Shown here: one piece after another, positions 15,400 through 24,802 of the stretch
Layout: each line of letters opens with the position of its first letter
Numbering within the stretch: the stretch's first letter is position 1
NCBI GenBank assembly: GCA_036493815.1
Contig: DASXPC010000221.1
Location: 11,174 to 75,173 of the forward strand
Reading direction: 5' to 3'
DNA length: 64,000 bases
From: Fimbriiglobus sp.
GTDB lineage: Bacteria; Planctomycetota; Planctomycetia; Gemmatales; Gemmataceae
Program-made: the position numbers and the translations under genes
The notes under the pieces: model-generated
Told to the model about the DNA's origin: nothing
The model's database searches: none
What the model saw: only the letters and a program-made list of their open reading frames with translations

Positions 15400-17544
15400 A
15401 TGCGATTTTGCCCTGTCCTGCTCTATGGCATTGCGTTCGCCTTACCCGGAATCGTCCGGGCCGGCGAGTCGGAAGACCTTTTTGAGAAGAAGATCCGCCC
15501 CGTACTCGTCGAGCATTGCTACAAGTGCCACTCCGCCGAAGCGAAACGGAAGGGTAAGCTTAAAGGTGGCCTGTTGTTGGATACGAGGGCCGGCATGCGG
15601 GCGGGGGGCGACGGCGGACCGGCGGTGGCTCCGGGCCAGCCGGGTAAGGGGACGCTGCTGGCGGCGTTGCGGTACGACGGCGACACGAAGATGCCCCCCG
15701 CCGGCAAACTGCCCGGCACGGTGGTGAAGGATTTCGAGCGGTGGATCGAAACCGGCGCCTTCGACCCGCGCGTACCCGTTGCCCCGCGGGCCGGGCCTTC
15801 TGCCGCGGACCTAGTCGCGGCCAGGAAACACTGGGCATTTCAGCGACCGCAGGTGCACCCGGCCCCGCCGGTCCAGCATACGAGTTGGCCGACGCAACCG
15901 ATCGATGCGTTCGTATTGGCGAAGCTGGAAGCCGCCAACATTTCGCCGTCGCCGCCGGCCGGGCCGCGAGCTCTGGCCCGCAGGCTCTCGTTCGACCTCA
16001 CTGGTCTGCCGCCGACGCCAGAAGTAGTGGAAGCGTTCGCCGCCGATCCTTCGCCCGCCGCCTACCGGAAACTCGTCGAACAAATGCTTGGGTCCCCGGC
16101 CTATGGCGAGAAATGGGCCCGCCTCTGGCTCGACGTCGCCCGGTACGCCGAAGATCAGGCCCACATCGTCGGCGACGACCAATCGCTCTTTTATCCGAAT
16201 GCTTACCTTTATCGCGACTGGGTGATCGGGGCGTTCAACAAGGACCTGCCCTTCGACCGATTCGTGACGCTGCAACTGGCCGCGGACCTCGTCTCCTGGC
16301 CCGGGTCGAAAGATCTGCCCGCCCTCGGTTTCCTCGGCCTCGGGCCGAAATATTACGGCCGCGGCTCGCTCACCGTCATGGCGGATGAATGGGAAGACCG
16401 TGTCGACGTCGTCGGGAGGGGACTTCAGGGCCTTACGTTCGCGTGTGCCCGCTGCCACGACCACAAGTACGACCCGATCCGGACCGAGGACTATTACGGA
16501 CTGGCTGGGGTGTTCGCCGGTACGAAGATGTTTAACCGGCCACTGACGGACAAGACCGAGAAGAACGGCGACGGCCAGTCGAAATCGCCGAAAAACGCAA
16601 TGCACATCGTCCGCGAGGGGAAGCCGACCGACCTGACGGTCTTTATCCGCGGCGACGTGAACAATAAGGGGGCCGTGACCCCCCGGCATTTCCCGGCCGT
16701 GCTTTGCAGCGGCGACACGAAGCCGTGGAAGACCGGCAGCGGCCGTAAAGACCTTGCCGCCGTTATTGCTTCGCCGAACAACCCGCTCACCGCCCGGGTC
16801 ATCGTCAACCGCATCTGGGCGGCTTACTTTGGCACCGGCATCGTCGGCACGCCGAGCAATTTCGGGGCATTAGGCGAACGCCCCACCCACCCCGAACTCC
16901 TCGACGACCTGGCCGTGCGGTTCATGCAAAACGGCTGGTCGCTGAAATGGCTTCACCGGCAGATCGTACTTTCCTCCACCTACCGCCAGTCCGCCGGCAC
17001 GAACCCGAACGACCCAGACCACCGGCTACTGAGTGCCATGCCCCGCCGCCGGCTCGGAGCCGAAGGCTGGCGGGACGCCGTCCTCGCCGCGGCCGGGACG
17101 CTCGACACGACCAAAGTCGGCGGCCCGTCGATCGACCCGATGGACGTTAAGAGTCATCGCCGAACCGTCTACTCCCGCGTCAGCCGGCTCGAATTGAACA
17201 AGTTCCTCGCGATGTTCGACTTCCCCGACGCCAACGTTTCGGCCGAGAAGCGGGCCGAGACGATCACGCCGTTGCAGAAGCTGTTTCTGATGAACGGCCC
17301 GTTCGTCGCCGCCCAGGCGAAAGCCCTGAGCGACCGGCTGGCGAAGGAAGTACCCGACGAAACAAGCGAGGGAGTGAAGAAGCGGATCGACCGGGCGTAC
17401 CGGGTGCTGTATTCGCGGCCGGCGACGGAGGCGGAAATGAATTTGGGGATCGAGTTCCTGGGAGGCGGGCCGGATCAAGGGGCACGGTGGAAGCAATACG
17501 CCCAGGTGTTATTGATGGCGAACGAGATGATGTATGTCGATTGA
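15400..17544 (+). CDS. PSCyt1/DUF1549/DUF1553-type planctomycete cytochrome-domain protein
   Basis: Signal peptide, then CYKCHS (heme c CxxCH), ...WARLWLDVARYAED... (DUF1549-like) and CARCHDHKYDP (DUF1553-like). ATG at 15400. Confidence 0.9.
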   Translation: MRFCPVLLYGIAFALPGIVRAGESEDLFEKKIRPVLVEHCYKCHSAEAKRKGKLKGGLLLDTRAGMRAGGDGGPAVAPGQPGKGTLLAALRYDGDTKMPPAGKLPGTVVKDFERWIETGAFDPRVPVAPRAGPSAADLVAARKHWAFQRPQVHPAPPVQHTSWPTQPIDAFVLAKLEAANISPSPPAGPRALARRLSFDLTGLPPTPEVVEAFAADPSPAAYRKLVEQMLGSPAYGEKWARLWLDVARYAEDQAHIVGDDQSLFYPNAYLYRDWVIGAFNKDLPFDRFVTLQLAADLVSWPGSKDLPALGFLGLGPKYYGRGSLTVMADEWEDRVDVVGRGLQGLTFACARCHDHKYDPIRTEDYYGLAGVFAGTKMFNRPLTDKTEKNGDGQSKSPKNAMHIVREGKPTDLTVFIRGDVNNKGAVTPRHFPAVLCSGDTKPWKTGSGRKDLAAVIASPNNPLTARVIVNRIWAAYFGTGIVGTPSNFGALGERPTHPELLDDLAVRFMQNGWSLKWLHRQIVLSSTYRQSAGTNPNDPDHRLLSAMPRRRLGAEGWRDAVLAAAGTLDTTKVGGPSIDPMDVKSHRRTVYSRVSRLELNKFLAMFDFPDANVSAEKRAETITPLQKLFLMNGPFVAAQAKALSDRLAKEVPDETSEGVKKRIDRAYRVLYSRPATEAEMNLGIEFLGGGPDQGARWKQYAQVLLMANEMMYVD

Positions 17545-17560
17545 AAAATAGAGAGACATC

Positions 17561-17932
17561 ATGAGTTTTGATCTTGGAGTTTGGCACACAACCAATCGAC
17601 TTTCCGATAAGGAGGCAGGCGAGTTATATGTTGAACTATGCGAGTCTCGTATTGGAGGCGTGTCTCCGCATCCAAGGGTTGAGTCATTCTATGCGGATTT
17701 GATTGCAAAATATCCCGAGATCGACACGGTTCCCGATGATCACATCGATGATCACGATTATTGCCCTTGGAGTTGCGCTCTCGACCATTCATCGGGGCAT
17801 GTCTTAATGCCTTGCGTTTGGTCACAAGCCGAAAAAGTCGAATGTGTGGTTCGCGAACTTGCTCGAAAACATGGGTTGGCCGTTTACGACCCACAGCAAG
17901 GGCGGATTTATTATCCGGACGAACGTAAATAG
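17561..17932 (+). CDS. hypothetical protein (123 aa), lower GC than flanks
   Basis: ATG at 17561, 16 nt after the upstream stop. No family recognised. A hand-counted 60-nt line (17641-17700) has 31/60 GC, against roughly 40/60 in flanking genes. Confidence 0.55.
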   Translation: MSFDLGVWHTTNRLSDKEAGELYVELCESRIGGVSPHPRVESFYADLIAKYPEIDTVPDDHIDDHDYCPWSCALDHSSGHVLMPCVWSQAEKVECVVRELARKHGLAVYDPQQGRIYYPDERK

Positions 17933-17989
17933 TCACTTGATGAGCCGGAAAACAAAAAGGCAGCTATACGTGTCATTCGAGGTAAATAA

Positions 17990-19375
17990 ATGTATTCCTT
18001 CACTCGCCGCGAACTCCTGTCCCGCGCCGGCATGGGCGTCGGCATGCTCGGCCTCGCGAGCGTGATGCACCGCGGCGGCCTCCTTGCCGCGGATGCCAGC
18101 CCGCGTCGACTCGACTTTGCCCCGCGGGCCAAGCGGGTCATTTTCCTGTTCATGAACGGCGGGCCGTCGCACGTGGACACGTTCGACCCGAAGCCGGCAC
18201 TCGCGAAACATGTCGGGCAGAAGCCGAAGGGTTCGAACGGGCAGAAAGTGGCCGCCGGGTTCATTCCCTCGCCGTTTGCCTTCGCCCCGCACGGCAAAAG
18301 CGGCGTCGTCATGAGCGAACTTTTTCCCCGCCTGGCCGAACGGGCGGACGATCTTTGCGTCGTCCGTTCGATGCACACCGACGTTCCGAATCACGAGCCC
18401 GGCCTCATCCTGATGCATTCTGGCGTTCAGCAGCCGGTCCGGCCGAGCATGGGTTCGTGGGTAAGTTACGGCCTCGGAACCGAAAACGAAAACCTGCCCG
18501 GGTTCATCGTCTTGGCTCCGCGGAAACCCGTCGTCGGACCGCACCTCTGGAGTTCGTCGTTCCTCCCCGGTGCGTATCAGGGCACGGCCCTCGACACCGC
18601 CGATTTCGCCGTGGACAAACTCGTGGCCAATTTGCGGAACCCCACGATCGGCCGGACGGACCAGCGGGAACAACTCGACCTGCTCGGCAAACTGAACGCC
18701 ATCCATGCCGAGCGGCGGGAGACGAATACCGCGTTCGACGCCCAGGTCAAGGCGATGGAAACGGCGTTCCGAATGCAGACCGACGCGGCCGAGGCGTTCG
18801 ACATTTCCAGGGAATCGCCCCGGACCCGCGACCGGTACGGTCATACGAACTTCGGCAAGCAGTGCCTCCTCGCCCGCCGCCTGTCCGAGCGGGGCGTGCG
18901 GTTCGTGCAGGCGTACTACCTCGACCCGAAGAACAACCAGCCCTGGGACACGCACGCGAATAATAACGAGGGGCACCGGAAATTGTGTGCGGACAGCGAC
19001 CGGGCCACGGCCGCGCTGCTGGAAGACTTGAAAGACCGCGGTTTGCTGGACGAAACGCTCGTGGTATGGACGGGTGAGTTCGGCCGGACGCCCTACGCCC
19101 AACCGGTCGAAAAGGGCGGCCACGGCCGGGACCACCACCACACCGCCTTCTGCACCCTCCTCGCCGGCGGTGGCATCAAGGGCGGCCTCATGTACGGAGC
19201 CTCCGACGACGTCGGCATGCACGCTGTCGAAAACCGCGTTCACATCCACGACCTGCACGCCACAATCCTTTACCTCCTCGGCATCGACCACGAAAAACTG
19301 ACGTTCCGCTACTCCGGACGCGACTTCCGGCTCACGGACGTGAAGGGCGTGGTGGTGAAGGGGGTTTTGGCGTAA
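17990..19375 (+). CDS. DUF1501 domain protein (sulfatase-fold, Tat signal)
   Basis: The Tat-like signal is MYSFTRRELLSRAGMGVGMLGLASV. The rest carries FLFMNGGPSHVDTFDPKP...GRDHH, the typical DUF1501 pattern. It is the usual partner of DUF1553 proteins. Confidence 0.9.
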   Translation: MYSFTRRELLSRAGMGVGMLGLASVMHRGGLLAADASPRRLDFAPRAKRVIFLFMNGGPSHVDTFDPKPALAKHVGQKPKGSNGQKVAAGFIPSPFAFAPHGKSGVVMSELFPRLAERADDLCVVRSMHTDVPNHEPGLILMHSGVQQPVRPSMGSWVSYGLGTENENLPGFIVLAPRKPVVGPHLWSSSFLPGAYQGTALDTADFAVDKLVANLRNPTIGRTDQREQLDLLGKLNAIHAERRETNTAFDAQVKAMETAFRMQTDAAEAFDISRESPRTRDRYGHTNFGKQCLLARRLSERGVRFVQAYYLDPKNNQPWDTHANNNEGHRKLCADSDRATAALLEDLKDRGLLDETLVVWTGEFGRTPYAQPVEKGGHGRDHHHTAFCTLLAGGGIKGGLMYGASDDVGMHAVENRVHIHDLHATILYLLGIDHEKLTFRYSGRDFRLTDVKGVVVKGVLA

Positions 19376-19399
19376 TTTTGTACATTCCTATTTTTCCCG

Positions 19400-19424
19400 A
19401 CGGTCAATACCACACCGTTTTTTA
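19400..19424 (+). terminator. weak intrinsic-terminator-like hairpin + T-tract
   Basis: ACGGT (19400-19404) pairs with ACCGT (19414-19418) and is followed by TTTTT. It lies 25 nt after the DUF1501 stop. Confidence 0.35.
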
Positions 19425-19591
19425 TTGGGAAAGAATGGCAAACAAACCGATTGACACCGCTACCTCAAGCGCTCGCTAGAGTCTCGGATCGTCCACTTTT
19501 CTTGGCGATTGAAGTGCCGGATTGCCGATACCGCTATACAGCGTCTCGCGACGAACCGTTGCCGGATGTCGTTGTCGTCGGAGCACGTACG

Positions 19592-21172
19592 ATGAAATTT
19601 CGGACGGGAATCGTACTAGCGGCTCTGGGCTTGGCGGGTTCGACCGGCCTGGGGCAATATTCCCCGCCACCGATGCCGCGCGGGGGCGATAATCCCCCGT
19701 CACTCAGTTCGCAAGAGCCCCCGCAGCCGATCGACCTCCGGGCCGCCTTGCGTCTCGGTACGACGACGAATCTGGATATCGCATTCGCCCGCGCGACTCT
19801 CGACCTGGCCCGGGCGTCTCGGCAGCGGGCGGACAGTCGGATCCTGCCGAACGTCGGAACCGGTGCGACCTACGTCGATCACGACGGCCGGATTCAACAG
19901 GCAAACGGAAACATTCTCAACGTGAACCGGACGTCGCTGGCCGTCGGCGTCACCCCGACGCTGTCCCTCGACTTTGCGGACGCGATCTTCCTTCCACTCG
20001 CTGCCCGCCAACTGGAACAGTCCGCGCTCGCGGCGACGGTCCGCACGACGAACGACACTGCGGTCGCGATCGCGGACGCCTACCTGGCCGTGCTGCGCGG
20101 GCAACGACGGCTCGAACGCGTGAACCTCGTCCTGTCGTATCTCACGGACGAAAAGCCCGCGCCGCAACGATCCGATTCAAAGGGGTTGTATCCGCTCGTC
20201 CGGGACGTCGTAGAGTCCGGCGGTAAAGACGCGTTCCGATCCGACCTTGCCCGCCTGAAGGTGGAAGTGATCCGCCGCAATGAAGAGCGGACCGTGATCG
20301 AGCAGGACCTCCGCGTGGCCTCGGCGGAGTTGGCCAGGCTTCTGCGGCTCGATCCGCAAACCCGTTTCAGCCCGGTGGAAGACCGGTGGGCCGCCGTCCC
20401 GTTGCCCGGGGCCGATTGGCTCAAGCTGGACGTGGGCACGTTAATTACCTTTGCTCTCGGCAACCGGCCGGAAATTACCGAAGCCGAGGCCCTGGCCCGC
20501 TACGCGGTCGAACGCGAACGGGGCGCCCGATACCGGCCCTATCTGCCGGTCGTTCAAGTGGCGTACTTTGCCGGCGGGTTTGGCGGAGGGCCGCTCCGCG
20601 ACCCCCGCAGCAAGATCACGCAGGACTTGAATGGGCCGATCGACAAGCCCGTTTCCCCCACGGACGAGATCGGCCGGTTCGGCCACCGGTCCGACCTCGC
20701 CTTAACCCTCGGCTGGCAGTTACAAGGGTTCGGGCTCGGAAACGTCGCCGAGATTCGCGAAGCCCGTGCGGTTCACACCCAGGCGGAAATCCGGCTCCTG
20801 TCCGTACGGGAACGGGTCAGTGCGCAGGTCGTTCAAGCCCACGCGGCGGTCGTTCAGAACCTCGAGCGGCTCTGGACCTCGTGGGAAGCCCTGGCCGACA
20901 AGAACGGCAAACCCGCGGGTCCGGTGTACGAATCCCTCCGGCTGAACTTCGCGCGGTTCCGTGGGGGGGAAGGGCGGCCGCTGGAAGCACTCGAATCGAT
21001 TCGGGGGTTGAACGACATCCTGGAAGGGTATGCGAATGGCCTCAGCGATTACGATCGCACACACGTCCGCCTGCTTCTGGCGTTAGGACTCCCAGCCGCG
21101 GCCCTTTACAATCCCGAGTGCATGCCTCCCCCGCCTCAGGTCTCGACGACGCCCGTCCGGCGGAATCCGTGA
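19592..21172 (+). CDS. TolC-family outer-membrane efflux protein
   Basis: ATG at 19592 (MKFRTGIVLAALGLAGSTG signal). Two helical/beta repeat halves are present, and the gene lies upstream of the RND pump. Confidence 0.8.
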   Translation: MKFRTGIVLAALGLAGSTGLGQYSPPPMPRGGDNPPSLSSQEPPQPIDLRAALRLGTTTNLDIAFARATLDLARASRQRADSRILPNVGTGATYVDHDGRIQQANGNILNVNRTSLAVGVTPTLSLDFADAIFLPLAARQLEQSALAATVRTTNDTAVAIADAYLAVLRGQRRLERVNLVLSYLTDEKPAPQRSDSKGLYPLVRDVVESGGKDAFRSDLARLKVEVIRRNEERTVIEQDLRVASAELARLLRLDPQTRFSPVEDRWAAVPLPGADWLKLDVGTLITFALGNRPEITEAEALARYAVERERGARYRPYLPVVQVAYFAGGFGGGPLRDPRSKITQDLNGPIDKPVSPTDEIGRFGHRSDLALTLGWQLQGFGLGNVAEIREARAVHTQAEIRLLSVRERVSAQVVQAHAAVVQNLERLWTSWEALADKNGKPAGPVYESLRLNFARFRGGEGRPLEALESIRGLNDILEGYANGLSDYDRTHVRLLLALGLPAAALYNPECMPPPPQVSTTPVRRNP

Positions 21173-21445
21173 GAGATCGGTGAACGGTGCGGACTGGCCT
21201 CGCCAGGATTCGACCCGCACGATACACTCGGTAAATGACCTGGTAGTCCGGGTGAAACCCGGACCGTGGTGGGAAACACTTCTCCCCTTGCGAGATTCCG
21301 GAAAATTGTGCACGAAATGAATTCGTTCCGACAGGTTTTCGTGGCGTGAAGGACCGCGATTCTCGCAATGGAAAAACCCTAAACCCGACCGTAGCCGGTC
21401 CGGGTACTTTCGGTCCGGGCACGGTTTTTCGTTTGAGGTTTATGT

Positions 21446-24400
21446 ATGTGGATCGTTTTGTTGGCATTAAGTCGGCCGTACACCGTCTGGGTTGGAATGC
21501 TGCTCGTCACACTACTGGGTACTGTGAGTTACCTCCGTACGCCTACGGACATTCTGCCGACGATGAAAACGCCGGTCGTGGTCGTGTTCGCGTCGTACCG
21601 CGGGATGCCCGCGCCGGAGATGGAGCAGAGTGTGGTCGCGGTGTTGGAACGGTCGCTAACCAAGTGTGACCGTCTCCGCTACATCGAATCGCGGTCTCTG
21701 CTCGGGATTGGAATGATTCGTATTTACTTCCGCCCCGACGTCGATCCAGACGTGGCGGCGAGTCAGGTGGCCGCACAAGTCAGCGCCGAAATGCAGAACA
21801 TGCCGCCCGGGATGCAACTGCCCACGATCTTCAAATTCGATGCTTCGGCGATTCCGGTCGGTCAACTCGTCGTGCGCAGCGACCGGGCCGACGACAAAGA
21901 ACTCCTCGACCTCGCGGACACCCGCATCCGCGACGAACTGGCGGGCATTGAAGGTCTCGCGAGCGCACCGGTATTTGGTGGCACATTCCGGCAGGTGCAA
22001 ATCTACGTCGACCCCCGGGCCTTGGAGGCGTATCGGCTGACGACGGCCGACGTCGCGAAGATCGTCAACGCACAAAGTCAGGTTCTCCCCACCGGGGAAA
22101 TCCGCATCGACGCCCGCACGTTTTACCTCAGTTCGAACAGCATGGCCCGCACCTTGGAGGAATTCGAACAGATTCCGTTGTGGACCGACGGCCGGAAAGT
22201 CGTTCGACTCCGCGACGTTGCCCGCGTCGAGGACGGCCAGAGGTGGCGGACCAACGTGGTCCGCGCCGAGGGCCGCCGAGCAGTTTACATGCCCCTGTTG
22301 CGGCAGGGGGGGGCCAGCGCGGTGACGGTGGTGGACAACGTCCGCGAATTCCTGCCGAAACTGCACGAACGTGGTGCGATCCCCGACGACGTCGAAGTGG
22401 AACTGGTGTTCGATCAGTCCCAATACGTTCGCGAGGCGATGGGCAACCTGCGGTTCGAGGCCGGTGCCGGTGCCGTGCTCGCCTCGCTCGTGGTCCTTCT
22501 GTTTCTCAGCAGTCTCCGCGCGACGGCGATTGTCGGATTGTCGATCCCGCTGTCGGTACTGGCCGCCCTAATCGGGCTTTACGTTACCGGTCACACGCTC
22601 AACATCATGACGCTCGGCGGGCTGGCGCTCGTCCTCGGCCGCGTCATCGACGACTGCATCGTGGACATCGAAAACACCAGCCGGCACCTCGGCATGGGTA
22701 AGCCGTCCCTGCGGGCGGCGACCGACAGCGCCCGCGAGATTTCCTTGCCGGTCCTGATGGCCACCGTCTCGACGATGATCGTTTTCGCACCCGTGATGTT
22801 GATGGAAGGAATGGGGAAGTACCTGTTCACGCCCCTGGCGGTTGCGGCGTGTCTGGCGATGGCCGCGAGTTATGTCGTCGCCCGTACGGTCTCGCCGTTG
22901 TGCTGCTCGCTCTTCCTGAAACCGCACGGGTACGAAGAGCGACTTCCGCGCTGGTTGCGGCTGGCGAGCGGAATCGTCTTGTTCCTGGCCGGCGGTGCGC
23001 TGCTGGTAGCCACCCGTCGCCCCGTTTGGGCGGCCGATTGGCCACTTTGGCTGCTCGCCGCACTTCCTTTGATCACAGCCGGTGCTGGCGTGGCGTTTGC
23101 CGTGGTCGTGCTCTCCCGTCTGGCTCGGAAATTCGACCGGTGGTACGAACGCAGGGCCGACCGATACCTCGCCGTTTTGACTTGGGTACTGCGGCGGCGG
23201 TGGGTCGTGGGATTGTTCGTCGTCGCCTCCGCCCTCCCGGCGGTCTGGGCGTATCGGCATACCGGGAAAGAACTTTTCCCCGACGTCGATACCGGGGAAT
23301 TTACCATTCACCTCCGGGCCGTCGGCGGACCGCGGGTTGAAGAAACCGAGCGGATGGTGGCCGAAATCGAGCAGATTGCGTCGGACGTCATTCCCGATAT
23401 CGATCTGGACCTGATCCTGTCGAACGCGGGCTTGTCGTCACGGTGGTCGGCCATTTACACGCCCAACAACGGCCCGCACGCCGCGTTCGTCCGTGTGCAA
23501 TTGCGGAGCGGGTTCGCGGGGCGGTCCACGCCGACGTCCAATTATGTCGAGAAAATCCGCCTACGCCTGGCCGAACGCTTTCCCGACCACACCTTTTTCT
23601 TCGAGACCGGCGGAATGATTCGACGGATATTAAATGGCGGGGCCACCGCGCCGATCGAGATCCAGGTTTCCGGCCGGGACAACGTCGCGCGGCGTGCGTT
23701 CGGAGACATGCTGACACAGAAGGTGGCAACAATACCGGCGGTCCAGGACACGTATCGCCCGCAGTCCATCGACCTGCCCCAGGTGCGGATCAAAGTGGAT
23801 CGGGATCGGGCCGCCCTGCTCGGGTTGACCGAGTCGGACGTCATACGAAACGTCGTCATGGCCCTAATGTCCAGTGCGCAACTGGCGCCAAACATCTGGA
23901 TCGACCCGAAGAGCGGGAACCCGTACGTAATCGGCGTGCAATACCCCGAACACCTCGTCCGCGACCTCCACACCCTCGAAGACATCCCCATCGCCCCGGA
24001 ACGCGGGTTCGGCCCGGGGCGCGGGTCCGGGCCTCTGCCGCGAACGCTGAAAGATGTGGCGACCATCGTGCCGGCCCAGGATCCGGTCGAGGTTTTTCAT
24101 TCCAAACTCACTCGCGTCAGTCAGATATACGTCGGTGTGGCGGGAGACGACATCGCCGGAGTCGCAGCGGACGTCGAACGCATCGTGGGGGAATTGACCA
24201 TTCCGAAGGGACTACGCGTGGAGGTGTTGGGTGAAGTTCCGAGCATGCGGTCGTCGTTCCGCGAGATGGCGTTCGCACTCATATTGGCCGTCGTGCTCGT
24301 TTACCTCCTATTGACCGCTCAGTTCTCCTCCTGGGTAGACCCGTTGATCGTTGTCGCATCGGCCCCGCTCGGACTGGTGGGTGTGGCAGTAATACTTTGG

Positions 24401-24802
24401 GTCACCGGGTCTTCGCTGAACATTCAATCGTGCATGGGCGTACTGATGCTGGTGGGTATCAGCGTCTCCAACGCGGTGCTCCTTGTAAAATTCGCGAACG
24501 AGCAACGGGAGGCGGGACATCCGACCCGTGAGGCGATACTGTTGGCTGCCCGTACCCGCCTTCGCCCGATCCTCATGACGACGCTGGCAACCATCGGAGG
24601 GTTGTTGCCGCTCGCCGTTCACTTGCACCCCGGTGACGAAATGAACCTTCCACTCGCACGCGCCGTAATCGGGGGGATGCTAAGTTCGATGGTCTTGACG
24701 CTTTTCGTGATTCCCGCGCTATATACGCTGTTCAAACCTTCCGGCCCGGCCGTGCCGGCAGATATGATCGAACTGACCCCCGCCCGGCCCGAGGAGGCCT
24801 GA
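21446..24802 (+). CDS. RND efflux transporter permease (AcrB/CzcA superfamily)
   Basis: 1118 aa with two periplasmic porter/docking halves and TM bundles typical of RND. It has an extra hydrophobic hairpin in the central loop (see findings). Confidence 0.9.
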   Translation: MWIVLLALSRPYTVWVGMLLVTLLGTVSYLRTPTDILPTMKTPVVVVFASYRGMPAPEMEQSVVAVLERSLTKCDRLRYIESRSLLGIGMIRIYFRPDVDPDVAASQVAAQVSAEMQNMPPGMQLPTIFKFDASAIPVGQLVVRSDRADDKELLDLADTRIRDELAGIEGLASAPVFGGTFRQVQIYVDPRALEAYRLTTADVAKIVNAQSQVLPTGEIRIDARTFYLSSNSMARTLEEFEQIPLWTDGRKVVRLRDVARVEDGQRWRTNVVRAEGRRAVYMPLLRQGGASAVTVVDNVREFLPKLHERGAIPDDVEVELVFDQSQYVREAMGNLRFEAGAGAVLASLVVLLFLSSLRATAIVGLSIPLSVLAALIGLYVTGHTLNIMTLGGLALVLGRVIDDCIVDIENTSRHLGMGKPSLRAATDSAREISLPVLMATVSTMIVFAPVMLMEGMGKYLFTPLAVAACLAMAASYVVARTVSPLCCSLFLKPHGYEERLPRWLRLASGIVLFLAGGALLVATRRPVWAADWPLWLLAALPLITAGAGVAFAVVVLSRLARKFDRWYERRADRYLAVLTWVLRRRWVVGLFVVASALPAVWAYRHTGKELFPDVDTGEFTIHLRAVGGPRVEETERMVAEIEQIASDVIPDIDLDLILSNAGLSSRWSAIYTPNNGPHAAFVRVQLRSGFAGRSTPTSNYVEKIRLRLAERFPDHTFFFETGGMIRRILNGGATAPIEIQVSGRDNVARRAFGDMLTQKVATIPAVQDTYRPQSIDLPQVRIKVDRDRAALLGLTESDVIRNVVMALMSSAQLAPNIWIDPKSGNPYVIGVQYPEHLVRDLHTLEDIPIAPERGFGPGRGSGPLPRTLKDVATIVPAQDPVEVFHSKLTRVSQIYVGVAGDDIAGVAADVERIVGELTIPKGLRVEVLGEVPSMRSSFREMAFALILAVVLVYLLLTAQFSSWVDPLIVVASAPLGLVGVAVILWVTGSSLNIQSCMGVLMLVGISVSNAVLLVKFANEQREAGHPTREAILLAARTRLRPILMTTLATIGGLLPLAVHLHPGDEMNLPLARAVIGGMLSSMVLTLFVIPALYTLFKPSGPAVPADMIELTPARPEEA

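Noticed and set aside
21380-21430. Terminator-like element (CCGTAGCCGG...CCGGGCACGG + TTTTT) just upstream of the RND pump ATG, plus the GTCCGGGT-GAA-ACCCGGAC hairpin at 21246-21264
   Set aside because: The first stem has two central mismatches and the inner pairing is poor. The second hairpin has no U-tract. This is too weak to call an attenuator without transcript data.
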